DNA from: an uncultured delta proteobacterium
GTDB taxonomy: Bacteria; Desulfobacterota; Desulfuromonadia; Geobacterales; Geobacteraceae
Length of the DNA stretch: 64,000 nt
Direction: 5' to 3'
NCBI GenBank assembly: GCA_963746935.1
Contig: CAVVDU010000038.1
Location: 5,267-69,266, forward strand
In this document: piece by piece, positions 1-10,031 of the stretch
Layout: each line of letters starts with the position of its first letter
Numbering within the stretch: position 1 is the first letter of the stretch
Notes under the pieces: generated by a model
What the model was told of the DNA's origin: nothing
The model's input: only the letters and a program-made list of their open reading frames with translations
The model's database searches: none
Translations under genes and position numbers: made by a program

Positions 1-1
1 T

Positions 2-898
2 CTTTCCGCCTGCTCATTCACCGCGTCGAAACTGGCCGAACTGGTCGAGTGCGATGTCCGAGGACTCACGATGCTGCTCCATGCCCTGACAGCCATGGGC
101 CTGCTGGAAAAGCACGATGATTCCTTTCAGGTTTCAGGCATTTCAGCCGAATTCCTATCCCGCACCTCTCCTCGCTACCTTGGCCATATCCTGCTCCATC
201 ATCACCACCTGATGGCTTCCTGGGCCCACCTGGATGAGGCTGTCCGGGGCGGAGGACCGATCAGGGAGCGTTACTCCCATGGGGATGAGAAAGAATTGCG
301 GGAAAGCTTCGAGATGGGGATGTTCGACCTAGCCATGCAGATTGCGCCGCGGATCGTGCCCCAGATCGATCTCGGTGGCCGTCAGCGCCTTCTGGATCTT
401 GGCGGAGGTCCCGGAACCTATGCCATACATTTCTGTCAGCACAACCCCGGCCTTTCCGCCGTTATCTTCGATCTTCCCTCGACCCGGCCCTTTGCCGAGA
501 AAACGATTGACCGTTTCAAACTATCCGACAGGATTGACTTCGTTCAGGGTGACTTTCTTGCTGATCCCCTGGAAGGGCCCTTTGATGTTGCATGGCTTTC
601 CCATATCCTGCATGGGGAAGGAGCCGAAGAATGTGCTGTTGTCATAGAAAAGGTGAAGGAGGCGCTTGCGCCGGGAGGGATGATTCTGATTCAGGAGTTT
701 ATTCTGGACGATACCCTGGATGGGCCGGTATTCCCGGCACTTTTTTCCCTGAATATGCTGCTTGGCACCGGGAGTGGTCAGGCCTATTCCTGGGGGCAGC
801 TGGAGGCCATGTTGTCTGTTGCGGGCTTTCAGGATCTGCGACGGTTATCCCTGCAGCTGCCTAACGGGGCAGGGGTCCTTGCTGCCGTCAAGGCCTGA
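2..898 (+). CDS. class I SAM-dependent O-methyltransferase (Methyltransf_2-like); 5' end lies outside the window
   Basis: The frame is open from the window edge, with no stop between nt 2 and the first ATG at 71. The 275-aa track ORF is therefore a truncation. It has SAM-binding motif I LLDLGGGPGTYA, then FDLP and GGMILIQEF, typical of O-MTs with an N-terminal dimerisation region. Confidence 0.8.
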   Translation, partial: LSACSFTASKLAELVECDVRGLTMLLHALTAMGLLEKHDDSFQVSGISAEFLSRTSPRYLGHILLHHHHLMASWAHLDEAVRGGGPIRERYSHGDEKELRESFEMGMFDLAMQIAPRIVPQIDLGGRQRLLDLGGGPGTYAIHFCQHNPGLSAVIFDLPSTRPFAEKTIDRFKLSDRIDFVQGDFLADPLEGPFDVAWLSHILHGEGAEECAVVIEKVKEALAPGGMILIQEFILDDTLDGPVFPALFSLNMLLGTGSGQAYSWGQLEAMLSVAGFQDLRRLSLQLPNGAGVLAAVKA

Positions 899-977
899 CT
901 CTATACTTCCTCGCAGGAAAGGAAGCCACACGTAAAGCAAAAGCCCCGGAGAATCTTCTTCAGGGCTTTTGTGCTTT

Positions 978-1860
978 CTAGGCAGTAAGTCGCTCCATTG
1001 CTTCGCGATACTTCTCGGCGGTTTTTCGAATGATCTCCTCCGGGAGCGGCGGGGCGGGGGCCGTTTTGTCCCAGTCGAGGGTTTCCAGGTAGTCGCGCAG
1101 GAACTGCTTGTCGAAGCTGGGCTGGGAGCATCCGGGGCGATAGCTGTCCTTTGGCCAGAAGCGGCTGGAGTCGGGGGTGAGACACTCATCGATGATAATC
1201 AGATCCCCGTCGCAGATGCCGAATTCAAACTTGGTGTCAGCGATGATGATGCCGCGGTCCGGCGGCAATCTCCCGTGCCTTGCAGTAGATGTCGATGGTT
1301 GCCTTGCGGGCCTGTTCTGCGATGTCCTTCCCGCACAGTTCCACCATTTTTTCAAAGGGGATGTTTTCGTCGTGGTCGCCGAGATCCGCTTTGGTTGAAG
1401 GGGTGAAAATGGGTGCCTCCAGGCGTGAAGATTCGGAGAGGCCCAAGGGGAGGGTGATGCCGCAGACCGAGCCTGTTTCCTGGTATTCCTTCCAGCCGGA
1501 GCCGGCCAGATAGCCGCGAACGATGCACTCCACCGGCAGGGGACGGGCTTTTTTCACCAGCATGGAGCGGCCTTGCAGGATTTCGGCGTATTTGGCGCAG
1601 GCGTCGGGGAATTCCCTGACATCCGTTGCAATGAGGTGATTGGGAATGATGTCTTCCATCAGGCGGAACCAGTGGGCTGAAATTTGGGTAAGAACCTCTC
1701 CCTTGCCCGGGATCCCCTCGTTCATAATCACGTCAAAGGCGGAGATCCTGTCGGTGGTTACGATGAGGAGTGCCTCGCCAAGGTCATAGATGTCGCGGAC
1801 TTTGCCGCGTGCTGCCAGCGGAAGGTCGGGGAAATCGGTTGAAAGAACGAGCTTCGTCAA
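978..1860 (-). pseudogene. purC: SAICAR synthase PurC, frame interrupted by one extra base near 1255-1262 (or sequencing error)
   Basis: Track ORFs 1237..1860 ([25 protein letters not shown]) and 978..1355 ([19 protein letters not shown]) are the N- and C-terminal parts of one PurC. They join as ...AREIAA-(D/G)RGIIIADTK if one nt is removed from minus-strand gccgccggaccgcggc. The TTG start at 1860 is preceded by aggagg plus 5 nt. Confidence 0.85.
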
Positions 1861-1892
1861 AGGGGCCTCCTGTTTGTTCGTAGAAATAGAGC

Positions 1893-1914
1893 GGGGATGC
1901 CAAACGGCATCCCC
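1893..1914 (-). terminator. GC-rich hairpin between ppiD-like gene and purC (candidate intrinsic terminator/attenuator)
   Basis: ggggatgcc-aaac-ggcatcccc forms a 9-bp perfect stem with a 4-nt loop. On the minus strand it is followed by gctctatttct, which is only moderately U-rich. Confidence 0.4.
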
Positions 1915-1957
1915 TTGAATAGTATTGATCGGCTGAGGAGTGATAAAGGAAGGTAGG

Positions 1958-3541
1958 TTAATCAGTCATCAGGGCGGGATTGATAACGATCTTTGCCTTG
2001 TCCCGAAGACCTTTTAACCATGCTTCCTGGGCCTCTTGCTGCTTTTTCGGGAGCAGTATCTCCCTGATTTTTTCCTTTTCCTTGATGAAATCGCCACGGT
2101 CTGCCTCGATCCTTTGCTTCAGGCGAATCGCGTACCAGCGGCCATTAATAGCAAATGGTGTTGTGGCAACGGCTGCAGCAGGTGTCAGCTGAAATGCCGC
2201 TTCCATGGCTTCCTTCGACGTGCCGATTTGCGGAATTTTTCCATCACTTGAATAGGAAAAGCTTCCTGTTGTCTCAAGTTTCCCAGAGAATTTGTTGCTC
2301 CGCATAGCCTGCAGGGCTTCTTCGGCTTTTTTCCGTGCCAATTCGATGGATTTCTGGTCGATCAGCTTTTTCTCAACTTCTCCTCTGATTTTTGCCAGTG
2401 GAGGCACAACGGAAGGGTTTCTCACCGTCACCTTGAAGAGGTAGACCCCTTTCGATGTTTCCACCGGTCCGCCCAATTCGCCCTGTTTCGTAGCAAAAGC
2501 TTTTTTGATGAGATCAGGCTCTCCTGCCAAAGCTGCCGGAGGGTTCTGCAGGGTAAAGAGTGGTGTCTCGGCAACCGGCACGTCGATCATGCGGGCGGCT
2601 GCGGCGAGATCATTGGTGGCCAGGTTCTTGTTGAGGGCAATGGCGACTTTTTCATAGGCCTGCTTTGCCGCCTTGAACTTGAGAGCGTCCTCTTTTGCCC
2701 GCTCTTTCACTTCCTCGAAGGGGAGTATCCCGCCTTTTCCCTGGTAGCGGTCGATATTTTTCTGATAGTACGTCTGGATTTCCTCATTGCTTACGGTGAG
2801 CGTAGGTATGAGTTTGGCCGGATTCAGCAGCACATAGTCGAGTTTGATTTCTTCCTGGGTCTTGAATTCCTTTTCGTGCTGTTGGAGGAATGAGGTCAGT
2901 TCCTGGTCGGTTACGGTGACGCTGCTCCGAACCTCGGCTGGTGAATAGGAAACATACTGCAGTTCGATCTTGTCATGTGTTTTCTTGAAATACTGAAGGA
3001 GATCCTGATCCGTAAGGGTTACCTTGTCGGAGATTGCTTTGCCGGCTTTTTCGATGGCGAGATCTTCCCGAACGCCGTTCTCGAAGTTGGTGGTAGTGAG
3101 GTGATTCATTCTCAGCACTTGCTCGTAAAGCTTTTTATCGAAAACGCCATCTTTCTGGAAGTTGGGTATCTTCGCTATTGCGTTCACCAGTTCGTCATTG
3201 GAGACCTTGATTCCCATCCTGTTAGCTTCCTGTCTGACGAGCGCCGTGTTGATCAGGCTATCCAGTGTTCTTTTGCGCAGGTTCAGCAGCTTTTCGATTT
3301 CAGGAGTAACAGGCTGGCCGTAAATTTGCTGAAGAGATTCTTTTGCGCGCTCATAGCTTTTGAGGTATTCGTCGTAGGAGATTGATTCACCGTTTACCTT
3401 CACAGCATAGCTGGACCCTTTGAGCCCCTCGCTACCTTTTCCCCAAATGAGAAAAATTGTACCGACAAAAGAGAGAACGATAACGCTGAATACAATCTTT
3501 ATGATGATGGACTGTTTATACTTCCTCATGATTCCGAGCAT
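1958..3541 (-). CDS. ppiD: membrane-anchored periplasmic chaperone / peptidyl-prolyl isomerase, PpiD/SurA-like
   Basis: It has an N-terminal signal-anchor helix ([23 protein letters not shown]), a long SurA-N-like helical region and a parvulin-like C-terminal part. The start was chosen at ATG 3541 (MLGIMRKYK), with aaggag 10 nt upstream. The track ORF extends to 3601. Confidence 0.65.
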   Translation of the reverse strand: MLGIMRKYKQSIIIKIVFSVIVLSFVGTIFLIWGKGSEGLKGSSYAVKVNGESISYDEYLKSYERAKESLQQIYGQPVTPEIEKLLNLRKRTLDSLINTALVRQEANRMGIKVSNDELVNAIAKIPNFQKDGVFDKKLYEQVLRMNHLTTTNFENGVREDLAIEKAGKAISDKVTLTDQDLLQYFKKTHDKIELQYVSYSPAEVRSSVTVTDQELTSFLQQHEKEFKTQEEIKLDYVLLNPAKLIPTLTVSNEEIQTYYQKNIDRYQGKGGILPFEEVKERAKEDALKFKAAKQAYEKVAIALNKNLATNDLAAAARMIDVPVAETPLFTLQNPPAALAGEPDLIKKAFATKQGELGGPVETSKGVYLFKVTVRNPSVVPPLAKIRGEVEKKLIDQKSIELARKKAEEALQAMRSNKFSGKLETTGSFSYSSDGKIPQIGTSKEAMEAAFQLTPAAAVATTPFAINGRWYAIRLKQRIEADRGDFIKEKEKIREILLPKKQQEAQEAWLKGLRDKAKIVINPALMTD

Positions 3542-3698
3542 TGGCTGGGGACTCCTTATATGGAATTTATCGAGAAAAATTAGTGTGTAACGGCTCGGCA
3601 TACTAATATATTAAAGGATCAAAAGCAACTGGAGATTGAAGTCTATTTTCTTTCTTGCCAGGTGTTGCCGTTTTTGTTAGGATTCACCATTCAGCTAA

Positions 3699-4784
<1,086 letters not shown>

Positions 4785-4894
4785 TTCCGTCGTGAAGGCG
4801 ATATCTCTATACTCCGTTGAGTTTGTTTCTCAGGGCTATCCTCTTTTGTCTGTAAGGGTACAAAAATTTCCTACCTTCTGCCGGATTTTCTTTT

Positions 4895-5145
4895 AGACTA
4901 GTTTTCATCCGGAAACGGTCCTTTTTCGCCCTGACTGTGTCAATCATCGGTTTTGTTTGTGCGACGTACAGTAGTACGTCTCCGCACAATCCCTTGATTT
5001 TGACTCGTCCGGAGGACTCGCCCTACGGGCAGCCTTCGCTGTCAACTTTTGCATGCAAAAGTTTCTTGTCAGGACAAAAAAATCCTCGTTTCCAAACTGA
5101 AAACAGCTAGTTTCACATCAGGGGTTTCCGGATGGAAACTAGACT
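4895..5145. mobile_element. MITE-like non-coding element bounded by ~19-22-bp terminal inverted repeats (CTAGTTT[T/C]CATCCGGAAAC)
   Basis: Left end agactagttttcatccggaaac (4895-4916) matches the reverse complement of right end gtttccggatggaaactagact (5124-5145) at 20/22 positions. The interior has its own palindromes (gacgtacagtagtacgtc, acttttgcatgcaaaagt) and a degenerate second copy of the unit at 5107-5142. No credible ORF lies inside. Confidence 0.5.
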
Positions 5146-5206
5146 ATCTTCGGAGTGCATGCCTCCGCTTGCAGAGGCCCCTGTCCCCTCATGCCGGAAT
5201 ATGTGA

Positions 5207-6241
5207 ATGAGCAGTGCTGGAACCGATATCATCATACCCGTTTGGAACAATCCGACGGAAACTCGAGAATGTCTTGCTGCTCTGGTGGAGCATTCCCGTG
5301 ATTTCCGCCTGATTCTTCTGGATATCGGCAGCGATCAACCGACCGAGCAGCTTCTTCATGAGTTTGCCGAGTTCCTGGATAGTCGGGCGCTTCTGCTGCG
5401 CAGTGAAAGTGCTCACAGCTTTGTCGCGACAGCCAATCGGGGGCTGGCAAAGGCTGAGGCACCCCTTGCGGTAGTGATGCATTCGACCACCCGTGTAACG
5501 GCTGGCTGGCTTGAACCTCTCCAGGATGCTTCACTCCGGCCAAACGCTGGAATTATTGTTCCCCGTCTCTATTCTGGCGGCACGGCGCCATCTCGGCCAA
5601 AAAAGCGTGAGCATCTTGCAGCTGAGGCGCGCCACGGCTCCTTTTCCGCCCTTGGAATAACACGGGATCTCTATGCTGCTATCGGTGCTTTTGATGAGGG
5701 TCTCGACGGTGATGTCTGGTGCCTGAAGGACTACGCCCGTCGCGCTGATCGGGCAGGATTCAGAACCCTTCTCATTGAGGGTCCTCCAATTCTGTATCGG
5801 GAAAAAATTCCGTATGGGTCACTGGCTCGGCGGGAAAAAATTGTTATGGATAGCATCGCTACCTATACGTCCCGCTGGGGAGAGGAGCGGTTTTTCTGTT
5901 CCTTTTTCGCACCCGGCACTGATCAGGAGACGCTCGGGAAAGCTTTCAGCTCCATGCTGACTGCCGCCCGCCGTGGACATCATTTCTTTGTCTTTGCGCC
6001 CCCTTCCGTATACCGCATGATCCTTTCCGCATCTCTTCACCTGCTTCATGAAACTATTCTGGTGAATAAGCTTCCCCGGGTTTTCACTCTCCGTGCCTGT
6101 CGTAATGCCTTTGCCCGGCTTCGCTCCAGCCATCGTGATATTTGTGTGTTGACCGGAATGCCTGGGCTTCTCGATCTTGAAGGAGAACGAGGGCTTACGT
6201 TTACCGAGTTTGAAAAGAGTATTTCCATTGCGGAGGTTTGA
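5207..6241 (+). CDS. family 2 glycosyltransferase-like protein with uncharacterised C-terminal ~140 aa
   Basis: The N-terminus DIIIPVWNNPTETRECLAALVEHS is the GT2 beta1-loop-helix signature, with an FDEGLDGD acidic motif further on. The stop codon abuts the gmhA ATG (tga atg). Confidence 0.7.
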   Translation: MSSAGTDIIIPVWNNPTETRECLAALVEHSRDFRLILLDIGSDQPTEQLLHEFAEFLDSRALLLRSESAHSFVATANRGLAKAEAPLAVVMHSTTRVTAGWLEPLQDASLRPNAGIIVPRLYSGGTAPSRPKKREHLAAEARHGSFSALGITRDLYAAIGAFDEGLDGDVWCLKDYARRADRAGFRTLLIEGPPILYREKIPYGSLARREKIVMDSIATYTSRWGEERFFCSFFAPGTDQETLGKAFSSMLTAARRGHHFFVFAPPSVYRMILSASLHLLHETILVNKLPRVFTLRACRNAFARLRSSHRDICVLTGMPGLLDLEGERGLTFTEFEKSISIAEV

Positions 6242-6829
6242 ATGAAGGATAGAATGAAAGCCGCTTTCCTCTCACATCGTGAGGTAATGGAGGCTCTTGA
6301 ACAGGAACTTAGCCCGAAGATGATCCTCGTCGCGGATCTGCTCGTGGATGCCTTTCGGAACGGCAATAAACTCCTTGTCATGGGGAATGGGGGCTCTGCT
6401 GCCGATGCCCAGCACCTGGCCGGAGAGATCGTCGGCCGTTTTCGGCTCGAGCGGCGAGGCCTGCCGGCCATTGCCCTGAGCACAGACACATCGATTATAA
6501 CCGCGGTGGGTAACGACTATGGTTTTGACGCAATATTTCGCCGTCAGGTGGAAGCCCTTGCCCGGGAAGGTGATGTGGTAATCGGCATTTCCACCAGCGG
6601 CTCGTCTCCGAACGTGCTTTCCGCTCTTTGCCTTGCTCGCGAGACGGGTTGCCGGACCGTGGGACTTCTCGGTAAGGATGGCGGAAGTATCCGGGATCTG
6701 GTGGATATAGATCTGACGGTTCCGGGACAGGACACGCCGCGCATCCAGGAAGGTCACATTACCATTATCCATATTCTCTGCGAGTTGGTGGAGCAAGCGC
6801 TTTTCGGGGAGAAAGATCATGAAATATAA
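6242..6829 (+). CDS. gmhA: D-sedoheptulose-7-phosphate isomerase (SIS domain)
   Basis: LVMGNGGSAADAQHLAGE, GISTSGSSPNV and QEGHITIIH are typical GmhA motifs. Confidence 0.9.
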   Translation: MKDRMKAAFLSHREVMEALEQELSPKMILVADLLVDAFRNGNKLLVMGNGGSAADAQHLAGEIVGRFRLERRGLPAIALSTDTSIITAVGNDYGFDAIFRRQVEALAREGDVVIGISTSGSSPNVLSALCLARETGCRTVGLLGKDGGSIRDLVDIDLTVPGQDTPRIQEGHITIIHILCELVEQALFGEKDHEI

Positions 6830-7790
6830 ACCGATGGATCTGGCGGGGGTAAAGACGTATCCGCTGGCGGAGCGGTCCAACAAGATGGTTATGAAGCGTG
6901 ATGCCGCTGCCGGAGTCAGGCCGGGGATGTCGGTGGATGAGCTTCTTTGCTCCATGCCGGCCCAACTCGGCTCGCAAAACCTTCTTGCCGTGATTGATGC
7001 CGTGGTGGCAGCCCGTGCTGCGGGAAAGCCGGTGGTGGTGGCCATGGGTGGACACGTGATCAAATGCGGGCTCCAGCCGGTGCTGAAGAATCTGGTCGAA
7101 GCGGGTGCGATTACCGCTTTTGCCGTCAACGGTTCGGTCGCAATTCACGACTACGAGCTCTCCCTGATTGGTGAAACCAGCGAGGATGTTGGCAAAGCGC
7201 TGCACTGCGGCCTGTTCGGCATGGCCGAGGAAACCGGCCGGGACATCAACCGCGCCCTTCGAGAGGGCGTTGCCCGCGGGGTCGGTTTCGGTGAGGCTGT
7301 AGGCCAGTTTATCCTGGATAACGGCAATCCCCACAAGGATTGGAGTCTCCTGGCAACCTGTCGGGAATACGATATCCCGCTTACCGTGCACGTGGCTATT
7401 GGTACTGATATCGTCCATCAGCATCCGACGGCAGACGGTGCGGTCATCGGTCAGGCCTCCTATACCGATTTCCGGATTTTCGCCTCGGTGATTTCCGAGT
7501 TGGGCGATGGTGGCGTCTATCTCAATGTTGGCAGTGCGGTTCTCCTCCCGGAGGTTTTCCTCAAGGCCCTTTCCATCGTCCAGAACCTGGGATATCATGT
7601 GGATAATTTCACCACGGCAAACTTCGATATGCAACAGCATTACCGGCCACTGCAGAACGTGGTGAAAAGGCCCACGTCCGGAACAGGGCGTGGCTATACC
7701 ATTACCGGCCACCATGAAATCATGATTCCCCTTCTGGCAGCTGGTATTCTGGACCGGATGGGGAGCGTTCCGTCTTCTACAGGAGGGTAA
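6819..7790 (+). CDS. deoxyhypusine synthase-like family protein, function unknown
   Basis: 323 aa. GGHVIKCGLQPVLKNLVEAGAITAFAVNGSVAIHDYE and IPLTVHVAIGTDIVHQHP resemble the DHS/homospermidine-synthase Rossmann core. It overlaps the gmhA stop by 11 nt, with an alternative ATG at 6834. Confidence 0.6.
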   Translation: MKYKPMDLAGVKTYPLAERSNKMVMKRDAAAGVRPGMSVDELLCSMPAQLGSQNLLAVIDAVVAARAAGKPVVVAMGGHVIKCGLQPVLKNLVEAGAITAFAVNGSVAIHDYELSLIGETSEDVGKALHCGLFGMAEETGRDINRALREGVARGVGFGEAVGQFILDNGNPHKDWSLLATCREYDIPLTVHVAIGTDIVHQHPTADGAVIGQASYTDFRIFASVISELGDGGVYLNVGSAVLLPEVFLKALSIVQNLGYHVDNFTTANFDMQQHYRPLQNVVKRPTSGTGRGYTITGHHEIMIPLLAAGILDRMGSVPSSTGG

Positions 7791-7795
7791 CAGGC

Positions 7796-9268
7796 ATGCC
7801 CATGGATCGCAAAGATGCAGAATCGATATTCATGCGGGTAAAAGGTCTCCGTGCCCTGGTGGTTGGTGACCTGATGCTTGACGAGTACCTTTGGGGGCGG
7901 GCCGAGCGTATCTCTCCCGAGGCACCGGTGCAGGTGGTGGATGTGCGTCGCGAGGATATGAGACTCGGCGGCGCCGGGAATGTGGTGAATAATCTCGTGG
8001 CATTCGGAGCGGGGGTATCGATCTGCAGCGTGATTGGCGGCGATGAGAACGGCACTGTTCTGTGTCATGCCTTTACCGGCAAAGGCGTGGATGTGGCGGG
8101 TGTCTTCGAGGACCCGAAGCGCATGACCAGCAAGAAGACCAGGGTGCTTGCTTCCAATCAGCAGATTGTCAGGATCGACCGGGAGACACGTGAGGATATT
8201 TCCCCGGAGTATGAGGAGAAGATTCTTGCCCATCTCGGCAACCGGCTCAATGTTTGGGACATTATCCTGATCTCCGACTACGGGAAAGGTCTCCTTACTC
8301 CCCGGGTGCTTTCCGGTGTCATTGATGCTGCAAAGAATAGGGGCATTCCGGTCATTGTTGACCCGAAGGGGAATGATTACCTTAAGTACCGTGGTGCCAC
8401 CATCATCACGCCGAACCGCAAGGAGGCAGAGGTCGCCTCGCGTATCGCAATAAAGGACAATGAGAGTCTCCGCAAGGCCGCGGACTTCCTGCTTGCCGAA
8501 GGAGACTACCAGGCAGTCCTGATAACGCGAAGTTCCGAGGGGATGTCGCTTTTCCTGCATGGTGGAGAAGTTATTCACATTCCGACGGTTGCACAGGAGG
8601 TGTACGATGTTACCGGTGCCGGTGATACGGTAGTGGCAACCTTTGGGGTCGGGCTGGCCTGCGGCCTTTCCTTTGAGCGTGCGGCGCACCTTGCCAATGT
8701 GGCGGCAGGCATCGTTGTCGGCAAGGTAGGTACCTCGACGGTCTCTCCCGAGGAAATCATCGGTTCCATCAGTCGCGACCATCAGGACAGCGACATTAAG
8801 ATCAAAAACCTGGACGCGCTTGCTTCCTGCATTGAGGAAGAAAAAAGAAAAGGGAAGCGGATTGCGTTTACCAACGGTTGTTTCGATCTTCTGCATGTGG
8901 GTCATGTCAAGTATCTGCAGAAGGCGAGAACCTGTGGTGATCTTTTGATCCTTGGCTTGAACAGCGATGCTTCCATTCGACGCCTGAAGGGGGAGAAAAG
9001 ACCCCTTATCGGCCAGAGCGAGAGGGCGCACATTCTCGCGGCCCTGGATTGTATCGATTATGTGGTAATCTTCGATGAAGATACCCCTATCAAACTTCTG
9101 GAAACCCTCCGTCCCGATGTCTTGGTCAAGGGTGGCGATTATACCCCTGACCGGGTTGTGGGAAAGGATCTGGTGGAGTCGTATGGCGGCCGGGTCGAAC
9201 TGGTGAAGTTTGTGGATGGGAAGTCTACGACGAATATCATTGAGAAGATTCTCCAGAATTATAGCTAG
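7796..9268 (+). CDS. hldE: bifunctional D-beta-D-heptose 7-phosphate kinase / D-beta-D-heptose 1-phosphate adenylyltransferase
   Basis: The N-terminal half is a PfkB ribokinase-like domain (GGAGNV, DVTGAGDTV). The C-terminal half is a cytidylyltransferase domain (FTNGCFDLLHVGHVKYL). Confidence 0.92.
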   Translation: MPMDRKDAESIFMRVKGLRALVVGDLMLDEYLWGRAERISPEAPVQVVDVRREDMRLGGAGNVVNNLVAFGAGVSICSVIGGDENGTVLCHAFTGKGVDVAGVFEDPKRMTSKKTRVLASNQQIVRIDRETREDISPEYEEKILAHLGNRLNVWDIILISDYGKGLLTPRVLSGVIDAAKNRGIPVIVDPKGNDYLKYRGATIITPNRKEAEVASRIAIKDNESLRKAADFLLAEGDYQAVLITRSSEGMSLFLHGGEVIHIPTVAQEVYDVTGAGDTVVATFGVGLACGLSFERAAHLANVAAGIVVGKVGTSTVSPEEIIGSISRDHQDSDIKIKNLDALASCIEEEKRKGKRIAFTNGCFDLLHVGHVKYLQKARTCGDLLILGLNSDASIRRLKGEKRPLIGQSERAHILAALDCIDYVVIFDEDTPIKLLETLRPDVLVKGGDYTPDRVVGKDLVESYGGRVELVKFVDGKSTTNIIEKILQNYS

Positions 9269-9299
9269 TTTCCATCCGGAAATTTCGGATGGAAACTAG
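9265..9299 (+). repeat. solo 35-nt palindromic unit of the CTAGTTTCCATCCGGAAA family; acts as a hairpin between hldE and gmhB
   Basis: ctagtttccatccggaaatttcggatggaaactag has 14-bp perfect arms (ctagtttccatccg / cggatggaaactag). It begins with the hldE stop codon (cTAG) and ends just before a second ctag and the gmhB SD ggagg. Confidence 0.65.
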
Positions 9300-9316
9300 C
9301 TAGTGGAGGTACATTT

Positions 9317-9889
9317 TTGAAGCGGAATAAAGCCGTATTCCTTGACCGGGACGGGGTCATCAATGTCGAGAAAGGCTATCTCCACCGGGTCGAGGATTTC
9401 GAATTACTGCCCGAGGTTCCCCAGGCCTTGCGTCTTTTGAAAGAGGCTGGTTTCCTGCTCATTGTGGTCACAAACCAGTCCGGGGTAGCGCGTGGGTACT
9501 ACTCGCTGGAGGCCGTGCACGAGATTCATCGTCATCTTCAGGATGAGCTGAAACCGTATGGTGCTGCAATCGATGCTTTCTATGTCTGCCCCCATCATCC
9601 TGATCACGAATCAGAAGATCACCCATCGGAATGTTCCTGCCGCAAACCGTTGCCCGGCATGATAGTGCAAGCTGTGTCCGATTTTTATATTGATCCTGTC
9701 CGGTCCTATCTTGTTGGTGACAAACTGAGCGATATCGAAGCCGGGCGTGCTGCCGGGTGCCGCTGCTTTCTGGTAAGGACAGGGTATGGCGACCTCCCTG
9801 AAAAGGATGTTCCGAAGGATGTGACGATGGTTGACGACCTCCTGGCCGCTGCCAGGTCCATTATCGGAGCGGATTCACTCGGGAAATGA
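9317..9889 (+). CDS. gmhB: D-glycero-D-manno-heptose 1,7-bisphosphate phosphatase (HAD-IIIA)
   Basis: FLDRDGVIN (DxDx motif), VVTNQSG and a Zn-binding CPHHP...C.CRKP segment. The TTG start has ggagg 7 nt upstream. Confidence 0.88.
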   Translation: MKRNKAVFLDRDGVINVEKGYLHRVEDFELLPEVPQALRLLKEAGFLLIVVTNQSGVARGYYSLEAVHEIHRHLQDELKPYGAAIDAFYVCPHHPDHESEDHPSECSCRKPLPGMIVQAVSDFYIDPVRSYLVGDKLSDIEAGRAAGCRCFLVRTGYGDLPEKDVPKDVTMVDDLLAAARSIIGADSLGK

Positions 9890-9916
9890 GCCGCGCCGCA
9901 TCCCGGCCTGAAAGAC

Positions 9917-9974
9917 TTGAACCGCAGGTTTGCAAAGATAATAATTTGACGGTTTTTCTTTCCTTGTGATAAAA
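9917..9974 (+). promoter_or_regulatory. two tandem sigma70-like promoter candidates upstream of rfbA
   Basis: The pairs are TTGAAC-17 nt-AATAAT (9917-9945) and TTGACG-17 nt-ATAAAA (9946-9974), in the 142-nt spacer after gmhB. These are sequence matches only. Confidence 0.3.
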
Positions 9975-10031
9975 AATAGTAAGAACGTAGTATTTCACGG
10001 AAATACGCTTACAGTGAAGGGACCCTCTATC

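Noticed and set aside
4807-4989. A 60-aa minus-strand ORF in the mreB/GT2 spacer.
   Set aside because: It runs through the left terminal repeat and internal palindromes of the MITE-like element and has no SD. It is most likely an artefact of repeat sequence.
4785-5206. A cyclic-di-GMP (GEMM) or other riboswitch in the long 5' spacers (also 23858-24235 and 15945-16204). I considered this because such riboswitches are common in Geobacter.
   Set aside because: I could not find the conserved GEMM core elements or any other riboswitch signature by eye. Only an Infernal/Rfam scan could settle this.
7694-9031. A 445-aa ORF antisense to hldE. Similar long antisense ORFs occur at 6272..7129, 6765..7715, 22790..23617, 26658..27548, 28655..29884, 37575..38393, 53903..54664 and 59247..60233.
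   Set aside because: Each lies exactly opposite a gene with strong family motifs. The translations are low-complexity and Arg/Gly/Pro-rich, and none has an SD. These are the expected shadow ORFs of a genome that avoids TTA/CTA/TCA codons, because the reverse complements of those codons are the stop codons.
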